In this document: piece by piece, positions 19,547 to 29,971 of the stretch
How positions within the stretch are numbered: the stretch's first letter is position 1
Layout of the letters: each line of letters starts with the position of its first letter
From: Gammaproteobacteria bacterium
GTDB taxonomy: Bacteria; Pseudomonadota; Gammaproteobacteria; Berkiellales; Berkiellaceae
Assembly: GCA_046348545.1 (NCBI GenBank)
Contig: JAXMEB010000006.1
Coordinates: forward strand, 50,163-114,162
Length of the DNA stretch: 64,000 bases
Direction of reading: 5' to 3'
Notes under the pieces: model-generated
Told to the model about the DNA's origin: nothing
What the model saw: the letters and a program-made list of their open reading frames with translations, nothing else
The model's database searches: none
Program-made: the position numbers and the translations under genes

Positions 19547-22500
19547 CTAATTAACCTCCTGCCAAGTTTGTCTGCCACTGACATTTTGTCCTGGATTCTC
19601 TCTTACGCCAGAAACACCACCGGTTCCGCTTAGCACTTTTACTTCACTATTGCCCTCTTGCGTTGTCATTACAGTCGGTGCGGCTGTTACGCCAACATCT
19701 GACATCACGCCAGCAGGCGGGGCTTTAACTTTGATTGTACTAGAACCTTGCTGCTCATTGAACTCGATGTAGTCAGAGGAATCAAAAGCCACATCACCAT
19801 TCACATCGAAGGGTGGTATTGCAAGGCGCCCACCATTCTTTGCATCCAACTCCATCAGCCAGCTGGTTGCCCTGAAAGTAGAGCATTGAGCCTCGCCATT
19901 TGAGCCAGAGGGAATCGTGGTTGTGAAGATAACGCGCCCATTTCTGAGAATGGGTTTGCTCGTGGCTCTCTCTCCTGTTGTCAAATCTAGGTACCATCCA
20001 TTTTGGGTTGTCCAGTTAATCTGATTGTTACTGACCGCTCTATAGTTATCAACAGTCCCTAATATTTTTTGCTGCAATAGCGTTGACTTGCCCGAAAAAC
20101 TCGTTGCTGTCGTTCCATTCTTATCCCAAATCGCATACATAGTTTGGGTGGACTGACTAGCTGGGTTTAGATCATTGGTTTCAATGAATTTGCCGGTTCC
20201 AAAATAAACCAAAAATCCCTTATCTAACCCTTGTGGGTGTGGTGCTACGACGGGTGCATTCAAAATAGGCTGTGAGGTGCCAGCACTATAGAGTTTTGAT
20301 ATCTTTGCGCTGGTTTTCCAAGTTGTTGGGGTAGTGGCTCTCACATCGAATCGCCACATATCTCCATTTAAATCCCCAGCATAGATATAATCAACCGTAA
20401 AATCTCCGTTGATATCAATGGCTGTGGGCTCAGATAACCCATTTTTTGTTCCGGTAGCACCCACGGGTATTTTGATATAATCTGTGTCCACTGTCCATGT
20501 GCCGTCAGTCCCGCCCTCTATGAAGAGTATGTATAATACGGCTTGGCCTGAGGTAGAGACTCTTGAGTCGGTTGTACCCGATGGGTATTGGTTTGTTGTG
20601 CTGTTGTACCCATTTCCAAAAATAACAGCCCATTTCTTGTTGTACATTCTAACAATTTGAGGGGTTCCAAAAGTATATCCGACATCCACATCGTTTGCGT
20701 CAGTGAATTCCCAGAGTACTTTACTGGCTGCATCAGCCGCAGAATTAGCAAAATTACCATCTGTGATATCAAGTGCAAAGACCCCCTGTCCTCCTAGACC
20801 TAGACCACTAGCCAGCACTGTGCGCCAATTTGTTGAGCCAGAGGGTAGGTAATCCGCTACGGCAGGTGTTTCATCGACAAAATAGCGGTGCGTGTATGAA
20901 TCTTTGGTCAACGACTGCAAATTACTCCAAATAGCAGGGTGCGCAGGCACATAAGCTACCATTTCAGCGCCAGTATTGGCATTGAATCCGTGTAGCATGC
21001 CATCATTTGCGCCGACGAATATCATGGGAGTTCTATTCTTATAAGTATTTTTGAAATTAAGATAATACGGGTCCGTGTATAGAGCCTTAGGAGGACCGAC
21101 ATACACTGAACCAGAATGAATCACATCCCCCATGATCGAAGAGCGGTTTCGATAAGTGCCACCTTTATCAATTTCCTTCGATTGATCGCCACGAAGATAC
21201 CTTATCCGCTCATTACCGATTGTAGCCCTTGAAGCGCTTGAGATATCGGAAACGAGGAGATTAGTCTGTGCTAATGGGATTTCGGAAGTGGTCGGCGACA
21301 GATAATTTACCGGCCAGTTGAAGACCACACCTCTTTTGTTCCCATAGGTGTACACGACGCGGTTCGTTGGTGAAATATTTTTGAGCTGAGCGGCTGCGCT
21401 CCAAATGGGTTGCGCTGTGTTAATATTGCCATTGCTATCAATGAGGAGCGCTTTTAAATCGCCTGACCAATCCGTATTTTTAAATTGTGCTTGATAGATA
21501 TGAGTGTTGTCTATCAACATTGATGAGCTGCTGGCGGAGGTCGAGCCAGAACCGAGCATAGCCGCTAGAATGCCTTGTAAGCTGGTAGAAAGGCCTGCCT
21601 GTAAATCTTCGAAATTGTTTGCTGCGAAAAATTGTCCCTTTGAATTAAAAGCAGCATGCCATAAATCATTTATTTTTGCTGGACAATCATCATTACAATC
21701 AGGATTGCCCCAATTGCTATTGATATTCATTTTGGGCGTAGGCCAGCCGTCTGCACCTGCGATGAGGTTGCCCGTTGCGCCAAATGCAATCCCCATGGTA
21801 TTCATGTGTTGCATGGTATTGGGATCCTCTTTTGTGGGGGCAACATTGTTAGCCATATTCGTGAGCAAATCATTTTTATAGTAGTGGTAAGCAACGTCGG
21901 ACAATGTCGAATATCTTGAGCCATATCCATCACCATCTACATCACCAAGCCTGGGTCGTTCTAAATTGGTATCGTTCCAGTAACCGTCGGTCATCAGAAT
22001 TGAAAAATTGCGCTGACAGCTTGTTTTAATCGGTGATGTGCCCAGTTGACCTGCATAATAACGACCTGCGGCATTGAGTGCAGAGACTAACGGAGTACCA
22101 ACAGCTTCTTGCTGTTTAACAAAGTATTGTCTCATTAAAATATTATTACTAGCTGTGAGGTCATCATTTAAGCCAGGTAGCTTGTTAGCTATGTTGCTGC
22201 CGTTATTAATGTAACTCAGGCCATAGTACAGTCCTGGGAAATTCGTGATGATGTAGCTGACCGCTGCTTTAGTGCTGAGAGAACGACGACGGTTGTATTC
22301 AAACCAATTAGCATAGTTTTGTTGCGCATTCGCGATAGTACGGCAACCTGGGCCGTTCGCCGCAGTAATGGCACGAGTTCCGTTAATGATTTCTTGCACT
22401 AAGTTTTGTGGTCCTAGAGCATCAAAACAAGTCGAATTGCTAGATAGCGTGGTAGTTTGAATCGTGTTCTGAATCGCTTGTGCATTGGTTGAACGAACGG

Positions 22501-23263
22501 TAACGGAAATAGTCGTCCCACCTGTGAATTGAATGAGTGCATTACTATCCCAAGGATCGATGATATTATTACTGCCACTCGCAATGTTATTCCGATTGGG
22601 TGTGTTTCCACTGAATTTTTTGTCGTCTACACTAACAGAATACGCAAGTCCGACCGTTTTCCCATTATATGAATAATTACCTAAGTTGACAGTAGTCTTG
22701 TAATCAGGGTGATCCCGGTGTGGATTGCTATTAGCGTTATCAAATTTTGCATTATCACAACTAACATAAGGATCGCCTGATACCCCTGTTCCATCACAAT
22801 AATTTAACCAGGGGGTATAGGTCACATTAGGATTATACGCCATGCCATTAAAATTAGAGTTAATAATACGCCAGTCTTCATTAATCAGTTCAGGAAAATC
22901 TAGGGCGTTATAGAATGAATATTTATTGTTTAAATTAAACAAATAATAAATTTCTCTGCTATTAAAACGTTTACCGCCGGATGTTGTTTTCTGTGAGAAA
23001 TGAAAAATGCCATCCTCTTGATAAGTCGTATTGCATTGGGTATAGCTCATGTCGGGATCGTAATTACAAGCCTCCCAATGCGGCTTCGCAATGACTTCCC
23101 AGTCCATAGACCCGGAGTCATCCATTACAAATAATACATTTGCTGGCGTTTCCTGTTGAATAAATAGGGGGGTGTTCGGAATAGATAATTGCCCTGCTTG
23201 CAGCAGACCGGATGTACAAGCTGTCGTAAGGAGGGTCATATAAACTTTTAATGAATATTTCAT
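19547..23263 (-). CDS. pilY1: PilY1 family tip adhesin / pilus biogenesis factor (copy B)
   Basis: Signal peptide; MIDAS-like VFVMDDSGSMDWE; GANDGMLHGFNA; Ca-site-like DINGDFTVDYIYAGDLNGDMWRFD. Start set at MKYSLKV.. (ATG 23263 after GGGGGA). Confidence 0.9.
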   Translation of the reverse strand: MKYSLKVYMTLLTTACTSGLLQAGQLSIPNTPLFIQQETPANVLFVMDDSGSMDWEVIAKPHWEACNYDPDMSYTQCNTTYQEDGIFHFSQKTTSGGKRFNSREIYYLFNLNNKYSFYNALDFPELINEDWRIINSNFNGMAYNPNVTYTPWLNYCDGTGVSGDPYVSCDNAKFDNANSNPHRDHPDYKTTVNLGNYSYNGKTVGLAYSVSVDDKKFSGNTPNRNNIASGSNNIIDPWDSNALIQFTGGTTISVTVRSTNAQAIQNTIQTTTLSSNSTCFDALGPQNLVQEIINGTRAITAANGPGCRTIANAQQNYANWFEYNRRRSLSTKAAVSYIITNFPGLYYGLSYINNGSNIANKLPGLNDDLTASNNILMRQYFVKQQEAVGTPLVSALNAAGRYYAGQLGTSPIKTSCQRNFSILMTDGYWNDTNLERPRLGDVDGDGYGSRYSTLSDVAYHYYKNDLLTNMANNVAPTKEDPNTMQHMNTMGIAFGATGNLIAGADGWPTPKMNINSNWGNPDCNDDCPAKINDLWHAAFNSKGQFFAANNFEDLQAGLSTSLQGILAAMLGSGSTSASSSSMLIDNTHIYQAQFKNTDWSGDLKALLIDSNGNINTAQPIWSAAAQLKNISPTNRVVYTYGNKRGVVFNWPVNYLSPTTSEIPLAQTNLLVSDISSASRATIGNERIRYLRGDQSKEIDKGGTYRNRSSIMGDVIHSGSVYVGPPKALYTDPYYLNFKNTYKNRTPMIFVGANDGMLHGFNANTGAEMVAYVPAHPAIWSNLQSLTKDSYTHRYFVDETPAVADYLPSGSTNWRTVLASGLGLGGQGVFALDITDGNFANSAADAASKVLWEFTDANDVDVGYTFGTPQIVRMYNKKWAVIFGNGYNSTTNQYPSGTTDSRVSTSGQAVLYILFIEGGTDGTWTVDTDYIKIPVGATGTKNGLSEPTAIDINGDFTVDYIYAGDLNGDMWRFDVRATTPTTWKTSAKISKLYSAGTSQPILNAPVVAPHPQGLDKGFLVYFGTGKFIETNDLNPASQSTQTMYAIWDKNGTTATSFSGKSTLLQQKILGTVDNYRAVSNNQINWTTQNGWYLDLTTGERATSKPILRNGRVIFTTTIPSGSNGEAQCSTFRATSWLMELDAKNGGRLAIPPFDVNGDVAFDSSDYIEFNEQQGSSTIKVKAPPAGVMSDVGVTAAPTVMTTQEGNSEVKVLSGTGGVSGVRENPGQNVSGRQTWQEVN

Positions 23264-23273
23264 GATATCCCCC

Positions 23274-23882
23274 TTAATTAAACCTTTTTGCATAAATCGA
23301 CTGGACCATTGATTTGTTAGGGCTATGTAATGCAGCATTCGTTGCCACCCCACCAGTGCCACGTGCTGTGATTCGATAATAATAGGTTCCTACGCCTTGT
23401 GCGCGAGTGCCTGGACTTAGATCGTCTGGTAAATAGCCGTACTCTTCTATAAAATACAGGGGTTGTTCATTTACGTATGCCACCTTTTGGGTAGTGCCAT
23501 CTAATGCAATCGCGTAGGTGGGCCAAAAGTCTCCATCCGTATCTGGATTCGTAGAAGACCACCAGTAAGCTGAGCTGCCTTTAAATTTTGAATTCAATGC
23601 ATTTTGAGCCCAAATTGAATTGCAAGGTGGTGTGGTGCAATTTGTGATCACAGTGGGTACCGCAGTGAGCATACCGATATACTGCTCGGCGGCAGAGAGA
23701 GAGGACTCTCCTGCTTGAAAGGCTAGATCGGTATTACGATCATTAGCTGAAATTTTTGTTTGTACTGTAGTTCTGTTAACGGATGAAACACCCAAGATGG
23801 TCAGTATAATCAAGAAAAACAGGCTGGCGACGAGTACGGTGCCTTGTTGAGCTCTCACAGAATGTAACGTATAATTACTCAT
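23274..23882 (-). CDS. pilX: PilX minor pilin (copy B)
   Basis: ..RAQQGTVLVASLFFLIILTILGVSS.. (PilX N-terminal type). Its ATG overlaps the pilW stop (TAGAATG). Confidence 0.75.
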   Translation of the reverse strand: MSNYTLHSVRAQQGTVLVASLFFLIILTILGVSSVNRTTVQTKISANDRNTDLAFQAGESSLSAAEQYIGMLTAVPTVITNCTTPPCNSIWAQNALNSKFKGSSAYWWSSTNPDTDGDFWPTYAIALDGTTQKVAYVNEQPLYFIEEYGYLPDDLSPGTRAQGVGTYYYRITARGTGGVATNAALHSPNKSMVQSIYAKRFN

Positions 23883-23883
23883 T

Positions 23884-24678
23884 CTACCCACCTATAGAAC
23901 TTCTGAGTTTAACCGTTGTCGTGACTGTTCTTCGCAAGTATTTATCATTGAAGGGACCCATAAGTGAATCTTGCAAAGCATAGGTTTGATTATTTGTCGT
24001 TGGGTTGACTTGCTCCAATGATCGTAGAAGGAGACCAATCCGAATGCTCACGACATTGTTTAGAACTAGACCAGCGAATCCAGGTGGTACATATCGGTCG
24101 ACTTGGCCGTCTCCATTTAAATCCTCGCCAAATCGGATGTGCATGGCTTCTATGCCATCAACTAAAACGGCAGGGTTGCTGGCATTTGGAACGCCATTGT
24201 TGATAGCACTGCAGACTAGCTGTCCTTGATTATTGACAGAAAAAGTATTCACAGCGATTTGGTTAGCATTCACTGTTTGAGCGAGACAGTCAAATACATT
24301 TCCACTGGGGCTACCTTGATATCGTACCGTGAGCGTGTCTGAACCGTTGACATTGTTGTTTGTACCTTGAATGAGTTCAGAGCCAGTTGGGAAAATGCTA
24401 GATAAATCGGGGTAATCTATCATCTTGGATAAATCGGGTGGTGAGCGAAATCCTGCTAGACGAATCGTTCTACTCATAAAAGTGGTTGCATATCGTCCAT
24501 TATTTTGGATTTCAGCTAAATTATGATCGAGGCGATAAGCTTGCTGATTATTGAGCATCAAGGTGATTAAACCTGACAGCAGGAGCATCGCAACAGTCAG
24601 GCTGACAAAAATTTCAACCAGACCTAGACCCAGTTGGCCGGGAAATGACTTAAGGTTTAAATGCGACACGATATTCAT
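23884..24678 (-). CDS. pilW: PilW minor pilin (copy B)
   Basis: Start at MNIVSHLNLKSFPGQLG-LGLVEIFVSLTVAMLLL (GGAGA 5 nt upstream). Length and position fit pilW. Atypical prepilin site. Confidence 0.7.
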   Translation of the reverse strand: MNIVSHLNLKSFPGQLGLGLVEIFVSLTVAMLLLSGLITLMLNNQQAYRLDHNLAEIQNNGRYATTFMSRTIRLAGFRSPPDLSKMIDYPDLSSIFPTGSELIQGTNNNVNGSDTLTVRYQGSPSGNVFDCLAQTVNANQIAVNTFSVNNQGQLVCSAINNGVPNASNPAVLVDGIEAMHIRFGEDLNGDGQVDRYVPPGFAGLVLNNVVSIRIGLLLRSLEQVNPTTNNQTYALQDSLMGPFNDKYLRRTVTTTVKLRSSIGG

Positions 24679-25210
24679 CGGTATCTCCATCACGACCGCG
24701 CCAAGAAATTTGAATGACGTAAACATCCCCTTGATTATTACAATTGACAGGAGAGCCAACAGCGCCTGGATTACTGGATAAGCAGATACGCCCTTTCCCA
24801 TCAGGTAATAGATTGGCCAGATTCGCTTGCCATTCGTATAAGTCATTGAGGGACATTTGCTGTTCAGTGCAACTTGATGATTGCGAGGTACCTTGTGTTG
24901 AGGGTTGATTGGGTATGCCGCCTAAGCACCCTAAATTGGTCTGCCCGGCACTCGTCGGGCTCGACGTGGTATACCCACCGCTCTTAGCTTGTTGATAATT
25001 CGATCGCATTCTATCAATAATGTCGGCTGCTTGTGTGCTTGCGAGGCTTGAAAGATAGGCATCATTATTTTTCTTCAGAGACTCTGTCTGAACGCTTGCC
25101 AATCCTAATAGACCAATCGAGAGCACTACCAAGGAAACCAGAACCTCAGTTAACGTAAATCCTGTTGATTTATGGAGTGCTATCATATTTAAGTAATTTC
25201 CATTATCCAT
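24650..25210 (-). CDS. pilV: PilV minor pilin (copy B)
   Basis: ..HKSTG-FTLTEVLVSLVVLSIGLLGLASVQ.. The true start may be the Met at 25186. Confidence 0.8.
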   Translation of the reverse strand: MDNGNYLNMIALHKSTGFTLTEVLVSLVVLSIGLLGLASVQTESLKKNNDAYLSSLASTQAADIIDRMRSNYQQAKSGGYTTSSPTSAGQTNLGCLGGIPNQPSTQGTSQSSSCTEQQMSLNDLYEWQANLANLLPDGKGRICLSSNPGAVGSPVNCNNQGDVYVIQISWRGRDGDTDEYRVAFKP

Positions 25211-25283
25211 AAATATAGCTAAGACTATTAATTAATTTTTTGAAAGTCTCGTTCGATGAGAGTTGGCAAGGAGCAGACGTACG

Positions 25284-25589
25284 TTAGTGTTTAGTGATAT
25301 GACTATCTAGGTGAGACTGTATAGTGATACTGTTTATTGATTTATTTTCTGATTCTGAAAAACTAATAAAATAGTTAGGTCTTAAGATCCCTTGATCAAT
25401 CGCATTGCCCTGTCTGTCTCGAACTATCAATTTGTCGCCTAAAGTAAAATGTTGACCATTAATCGTCATGGCTCTTAATTCTAAATCAATGCTTTCTATG
25501 ACACCTCTGGTTCCACGCCCAACGGTATCTGTTTCAGCATAGATACTCTGTAAATGAAAACAGAGTATCATAATCAACAGTATGCGCAT
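25284..25589 (-). CDS. small secreted protein at the pilY2 position
   Basis: MRILLIMILCFHLQSIYA-ETD.. signal peptide. ATG 25589 is preceded by GAGGAGAAAC, 10 nt after the pilY1 (copy A) stop. The longer track ORF 25284..25715 overlaps pilY1. Confidence 0.55.
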   Translation of the reverse strand: MRILLIMILCFHLQSIYAETDTVGRGTRGVIESIDLELRAMTINGQHFTLGDKLIVRDRQGNAIDQGILRPNYFISFSESENKSINSITIQSHLDSHITKH

Positions 25590-25599
25590 CGTTTCTCCT

Positions 25600-28500
25600 C
25601 TAGGGCATGAGTTGACGCCAACTTTGCCGGCCCTGTGGTCCTGTAGATGGATTTTCAGTGGTGGATTCAAGTCCTGTTGCACCGTTTGAGACCTTGTACT
25701 CCTTGGACTTATCACTACTCAAAAAAACCGCGGGGGTAGACGCAATGCCCACTTTAGATTGTTTCCCGCTTGCTATGGCGTAATCATTGACACCGTCTCC
25801 ATTGATATCGCCTAAATCTATTAAGTCCTTGTTGTCAAATATGCCATCATGGTTTAAATCGAATGGTGAAAATTGCGTTTGTCCGCCATTGACTGCACTT
25901 AGCTCCATTAACCAGGAGGTGCCGCCAAAATCACAGGTTGATTGAGACGGAATTAGTGTTGTAAAAATGATATTGCGATTTCTCAATATGGGCTTTGTAA
26001 TTTGCCTTTCGCCATGATTGCCATGACCAGTGACAATTAAATCGAGATACCATCCTAAATGCTGTGCTGGGTCATTTGGATTGATGGGCGCTGTCCAGTT
26101 GATAGCATTGCTGCTGACTTGACGGAGTGCAAAGGAGGTATCAAGTGTTCCGTCGCCATCGGTATCGAAACTTTGGTTTTTTTCAACTAGAATATCTTGT
26201 TTCAGAAGTTCTGCTTTAGTGGGTAGTGTGCCATCTAGTTTGTCCCAGAGGCCATAGAAAGTTTGAGTCGTTTGACCTGTGGTTGTATTGTCTGAAGGTT
26301 CTAGATATTTACCCGTGCCAAAATAAATCATAATCCCTTGGTTGAGGCCCCTGGGATGAGGGCCAACAACCAATGGCGCCGTGATGGGTTGATCGCCAGC
26401 GATTGATTGAGAGGCCGAAAAGAACAATGTGGTATTTTGATCCCAATTGGTTGGGGTATTTCCTCTGATGTCAAATTTCCAAATATTACCTTTGATGTCA
26501 CCAGCGTAGATATAATCTGTGATCCAATCGCCATTGATGTCCACGGGGTAAGGGGTGCCTAATCCATTTGGGGTGGCTGGATTGTTGGGTCCTACAGGTA
26601 TTTTGATATAATCGTTGTTAATCGTCCAAACGCCATCAAGACCTTTTTCTATAAATAGGATGAAAATTGCAGCCTGTCCTGTGGTGCTCGCGAAACCGTC
26701 AGCCAGTGAATTATTGTAACCATTACCAACAATGGCAGCCCAGGTACTTTGGCCAGCGCCTGATCTGACTTTGACAATAGGGATCTGTCCGTAAACAAAT
26801 CCTAAATCTGGATCTTGCTCATCGCTGAATTCCCACATCAAAATTTGGCTGGCATTGTTTTCATTAAAACTATTAGGATTGGTAATATCCAGTGCAAATA
26901 GACCTTGAGCGCCGTTTCGAAGTCCTGATATCAGGGCTGTCTTCCATTGGCCATTGACGAAGACATCTCCTTCATTCGGCGTTCCATCGACAAAATTAGT
27001 GTGCTGATAATTAGTTTTACTCAAGTTGGGTAATTTAGTAAAAATCTCTCGCATCCCGGGGATGTAGCCTATGATTTCTGCCCCAGTTGCTGCATTAAAT
27101 CCATGCATCATACCGTCATTGGCACCAGCAAAGATCATATTGATCCGATTCTGATTGGCGCTTTTAAAAGTACTGTAGGCTGCTATTTCTAGGGAATCTG
27201 GATAAAGACGATCAGGCGGGCCTACATAAAGTGGATCTGAATTAATGATATCCCCTAACAGACCTTTTCGAGTTCGAAAAACACCATTGTTCCCAGATTC
27301 TTGACTTCTGTCACCTCGAAGATATGCAATGAGGTTATCGCCATAGACTTGATTTGCAATGATTTCAGTTGACACAATGGTATTGGGATTAAAAGGGGCA
27401 TTCGACAGCAAACTGGTAATCCGGCTGGGTAATGCGCCAGTGACTTTGAGTGCGGTATAGTTGGTAGGCCATCGAAACGGAATAGCTAATGTTCCATTAT
27501 GACTCCAGTCCCTTGTCAGGATCACACGTTGACTAGGTAACTGTCCTGGATTGTTGGTAGCTGCTTTCAGAGGGAATACGCAATCTCCCCCCGTTAATAC
27601 ACAATTTGCGTTCCAAGTCGGCGTATTTGAAACATTACCCGTGGCATCGATGGGGTATGCGATCAATTCGCCTTGCCAACTACCACTATCGAAACGTGCC
27701 TGATACACATATGAATTCGTTTGTAACGTGGTTGAATTTTGAGCCGCCATGGTAGCGGAGCTAACACGACTACCTATATTGGATAGGGCGTTCGAGAGTT
27801 CAGAGATGATCGTCTCTGGTGTTTGAGCAGAGACATAAGTGCCTTTACTATTGAATGCAGCATGCCATAAATCGTCTATTTTCTCAGGATTGGAGTTATA
27901 TGGATTCCCCCAATTGCCATTGATGGGTATTGCAGGATTTGGCCAACCATCTTGATCGGTATCATACAAATTCCCCGTCAGCCCAAATGCAATCATGAAG
28001 GAGACCATATGTTGATAAGTGGCCGGATCGAGTGGGCTAGGATTGACTTGATTAGGGAGAGGACTTAAATCTTTCAAGTAATAATATCGAGCAACATCGG
28101 CTAGCGTTCGAAATTTTCCATCTCCATCTGCATCACCAATGACGGATGATGGATTATTTCCATTCCAATATCCATCTGTCAAAAGGATAGCAAAATTCTG
28201 TTGGCATGCTTCAATAATCGGATCAGTCTTACCTGAAAGAGTGGCATCATAATACTGCCCAACTTCTTCTAAGCCGGTACGAAGTGGTGTTCCTAGTGCT
28301 GCCCAAGAATAGCTAAAGAGCTGAGAAAGCAAGTCTTGATTATGGTTTGCATAATTTGTCACATTGCTTGCTGGAACTTGAACAAATAATGAATTTGATT
28401 GGTTAATAACGCTTAATCCATATCGATAATTTGGGCTTTGGGCGATAACACTGCCAATGGCCGCTTTTGCTGAGAGTGATCGCTTTCGTTGGTATTGATA

Positions 28501-29430
28501 CCAATTAGCAAAATTAAGCTTGGCTGAAGCTAGTGAGCGACAACCACTACCGCCAGTTGCATTGAAGGCTGATGTCCCATTAAAAATGTCCTGTACCAAA
28601 CTCTTAGGACCCAGTGCATTGTAACAAGCCAGCGCGTTAGAAAGTGTGCCAAGTAAAGTCGTTGTTTCCCCCATACCTGCGGCTGTGGGAGAATAAGTTG
28701 TTTTGTAAACTTGTACATTAGCCGAATTAATCACGATTTTAATATGACTATCCCATAAGTCAACTTGCGTATTGGGTGTATTGGTGACATTTAAACTGCC
28801 TGCCCGGAGTGGGCGACCGCTCGCTGTATTATATCCCTTATCGTCAAACCAGACTTGATATTCGCTACCTGCTAAGCTTCTAGTTAAGCTGTAGCCGGTT
28901 GTTCCTTCTCTTGGATTTGATCGAGCTGCTGTAAAATTTGCGTTAGCGCAAGTTGTGTTATTGATTAAGCAAGGCCCCTTCCAGGGGTTGTAGGTAGTGG
29001 AGGGGTTATAATAGGTGAAGTTTAAATCTGATGAGTAAACACGCCAATCTTGCGTGCCAGCCTGCGTACAGGCCTCGATAGAATTAAAGTCTGGGTCATT
29101 ACAATCATCGTCATACAAGTTATCGTCTATCGTATAGATATAGGTAAAGTGCCGATATTGATTGTTTCCAAAACTGCGTAAAAGACCGTTAGTAACCTGA
29201 TATCCACAAGCGACGCTCGAAGAATAGCTGCCGCCAGCGTTGGGATCGTATGCACAGAAGTGCCAGTGTGATGGCGTTAAGATCTCCCAATCCATTGAGC
29301 CTGAATCATCCAATTCAAAAAAGACGTTAGGATCAACTTTAGAACCCAAAAATAAAGGACTGTCTGCTAGGTTCAACTGTCCGCCTAACACAATTTTAGG
29401 TAATAAGCATATCAGCGAAATTTTCTTCAT
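25600..29430 (-). CDS. pilY1: PilY1 family tip adhesin / pilus biogenesis factor (copy A)
   Basis: Signal peptide; FFELDDSGSMDWE; GANDGMMHGFNA; DINGDWITDYIYAGDIKGNIWKFD; extra Ca-loop-like DLNHDGIFDNKD / DINGDGVNDY. Confidence 0.9.
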   Translation of the reverse strand: MKKISLICLLPKIVLGGQLNLADSPLFLGSKVDPNVFFELDDSGSMDWEILTPSHWHFCAYDPNAGGSYSSSVACGYQVTNGLLRSFGNNQYRHFTYIYTIDDNLYDDDCNDPDFNSIEACTQAGTQDWRVYSSDLNFTYYNPSTTYNPWKGPCLINNTTCANANFTAARSNPREGTTGYSLTRSLAGSEYQVWFDDKGYNTASGRPLRAGSLNVTNTPNTQVDLWDSHIKIVINSANVQVYKTTYSPTAAGMGETTTLLGTLSNALACYNALGPKSLVQDIFNGTSAFNATGGSGCRSLASAKLNFANWYQYQRKRSLSAKAAIGSVIAQSPNYRYGLSVINQSNSLFVQVPASNVTNYANHNQDLLSQLFSYSWAALGTPLRTGLEEVGQYYDATLSGKTDPIIEACQQNFAILLTDGYWNGNNPSSVIGDADGDGKFRTLADVARYYYLKDLSPLPNQVNPSPLDPATYQHMVSFMIAFGLTGNLYDTDQDGWPNPAIPINGNWGNPYNSNPEKIDDLWHAAFNSKGTYVSAQTPETIISELSNALSNIGSRVSSATMAAQNSTTLQTNSYVYQARFDSGSWQGELIAYPIDATGNVSNTPTWNANCVLTGGDCVFPLKAATNNPGQLPSQRVILTRDWSHNGTLAIPFRWPTNYTALKVTGALPSRITSLLSNAPFNPNTIVSTEIIANQVYGDNLIAYLRGDRSQESGNNGVFRTRKGLLGDIINSDPLYVGPPDRLYPDSLEIAAYSTFKSANQNRINMIFAGANDGMMHGFNAATGAEIIGYIPGMREIFTKLPNLSKTNYQHTNFVDGTPNEGDVFVNGQWKTALISGLRNGAQGLFALDITNPNSFNENNASQILMWEFSDEQDPDLGFVYGQIPIVKVRSGAGQSTWAAIVGNGYNNSLADGFASTTGQAAIFILFIEKGLDGVWTINNDYIKIPVGPNNPATPNGLGTPYPVDINGDWITDYIYAGDIKGNIWKFDIRGNTPTNWDQNTTLFFSASQSIAGDQPITAPLVVGPHPRGLNQGIMIYFGTGKYLEPSDNTTTGQTTQTFYGLWDKLDGTLPTKAELLKQDILVEKNQSFDTDGDGTLDTSFALRQVSSNAINWTAPINPNDPAQHLGWYLDLIVTGHGNHGERQITKPILRNRNIIFTTLIPSQSTCDFGGTSWLMELSAVNGGQTQFSPFDLNHDGIFDNKDLIDLGDINGDGVNDYAIASGKQSKVGIASTPAVFLSSDKSKEYKVSNGATGLESTTENPSTGPQGRQSWRQLMP

Positions 29431-29438
29431 ACGTTCAA

Positions 29439-29963
29439 CTAATTAAAAGAAACAGAATAAACAGACTCAATATAAACCTTTGAATCACTCGTACTGCCTG
29501 TACCTTTGGATGTTATTTTGTAGAATTCATACCCCTTTCTTTTGGAGAGCGATTCTGGACTGAGTTCATATGGAATAAACATTTCCTCTTGAATAATGTA
29601 TCTGGGCAACGAAGTGCTCCCATATAATGTGCTGCTAAAAGCTTTGGCATTCGACTGCCACCAACTATCACTTTTTCGATCAAGATCTTGCTGAATACCA
29701 TAGGCCCAGACATCGCATGGTGGTAAGGAGCATGCCGCTGTTGTGCTTGGCCTATTGGGTTGTTGCTTTAGCCATTGTTCTGCATCGAGTAGCGCTGATT
29801 CTGCTGATTGAAATGCGTTCGTTTTGTCGCGAAGATTGCCTGAAAGCTTTTCGGCAAGAGTACTACTATTCATTGTAGCGATACCCATAATTGTCAATAT
29901 TAACAATATCATCAATCCTGCGATGAGTACGGTCCCTTGTTGTTTTGATGCGATTTTTTTCAT
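29439..29963 (-). CDS. pilX: PilX minor pilin (copy A)
   Basis: MKKIASKQQGTVLIAGLMILLILTIMGIA... The alternative ATG at 29978 overlaps the pilW stop. Confidence 0.75.
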   Translation of the reverse strand: MKKIASKQQGTVLIAGLMILLILTIMGIATMNSSTLAEKLSGNLRDKTNAFQSAESALLDAEQWLKQQPNRPSTTAACSLPPCDVWAYGIQQDLDRKSDSWWQSNAKAFSSTLYGSTSLPRYIIQEEMFIPYELSPESLSKRKGYEFYKITSKGTGSTSDSKVYIESVYSVSFN

Positions 29964-29971
29964 ACTAATAC

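Noticed and set aside
23264-23362. N-terminal extension of PilY1 copy B overlapping pilX
   Set aside because: The signal peptide and SD are at the Met at 23263. The extension overlaps the pilX C-terminus.
25211-25283. Sigma54 (-24/-12) promoter for the second pil module (TTGGCAAGGAGCAGA)
   Set aside because: The motif is on the wrong strand for the minus-strand pil genes and lacks the TTGC(A/T) -12 element. I found no convincing GG-N10-GC promoter upstream of fimU or pilE either.
25590-25715. Longer version of the small ORF (143 aa, starts inside the pilY1 copy-A 3' end)
   Set aside because: The internal Met at 25589 has a strong SD and begins a signal peptide. The upstream 42 codons overlap pilY1 and look non-coding.
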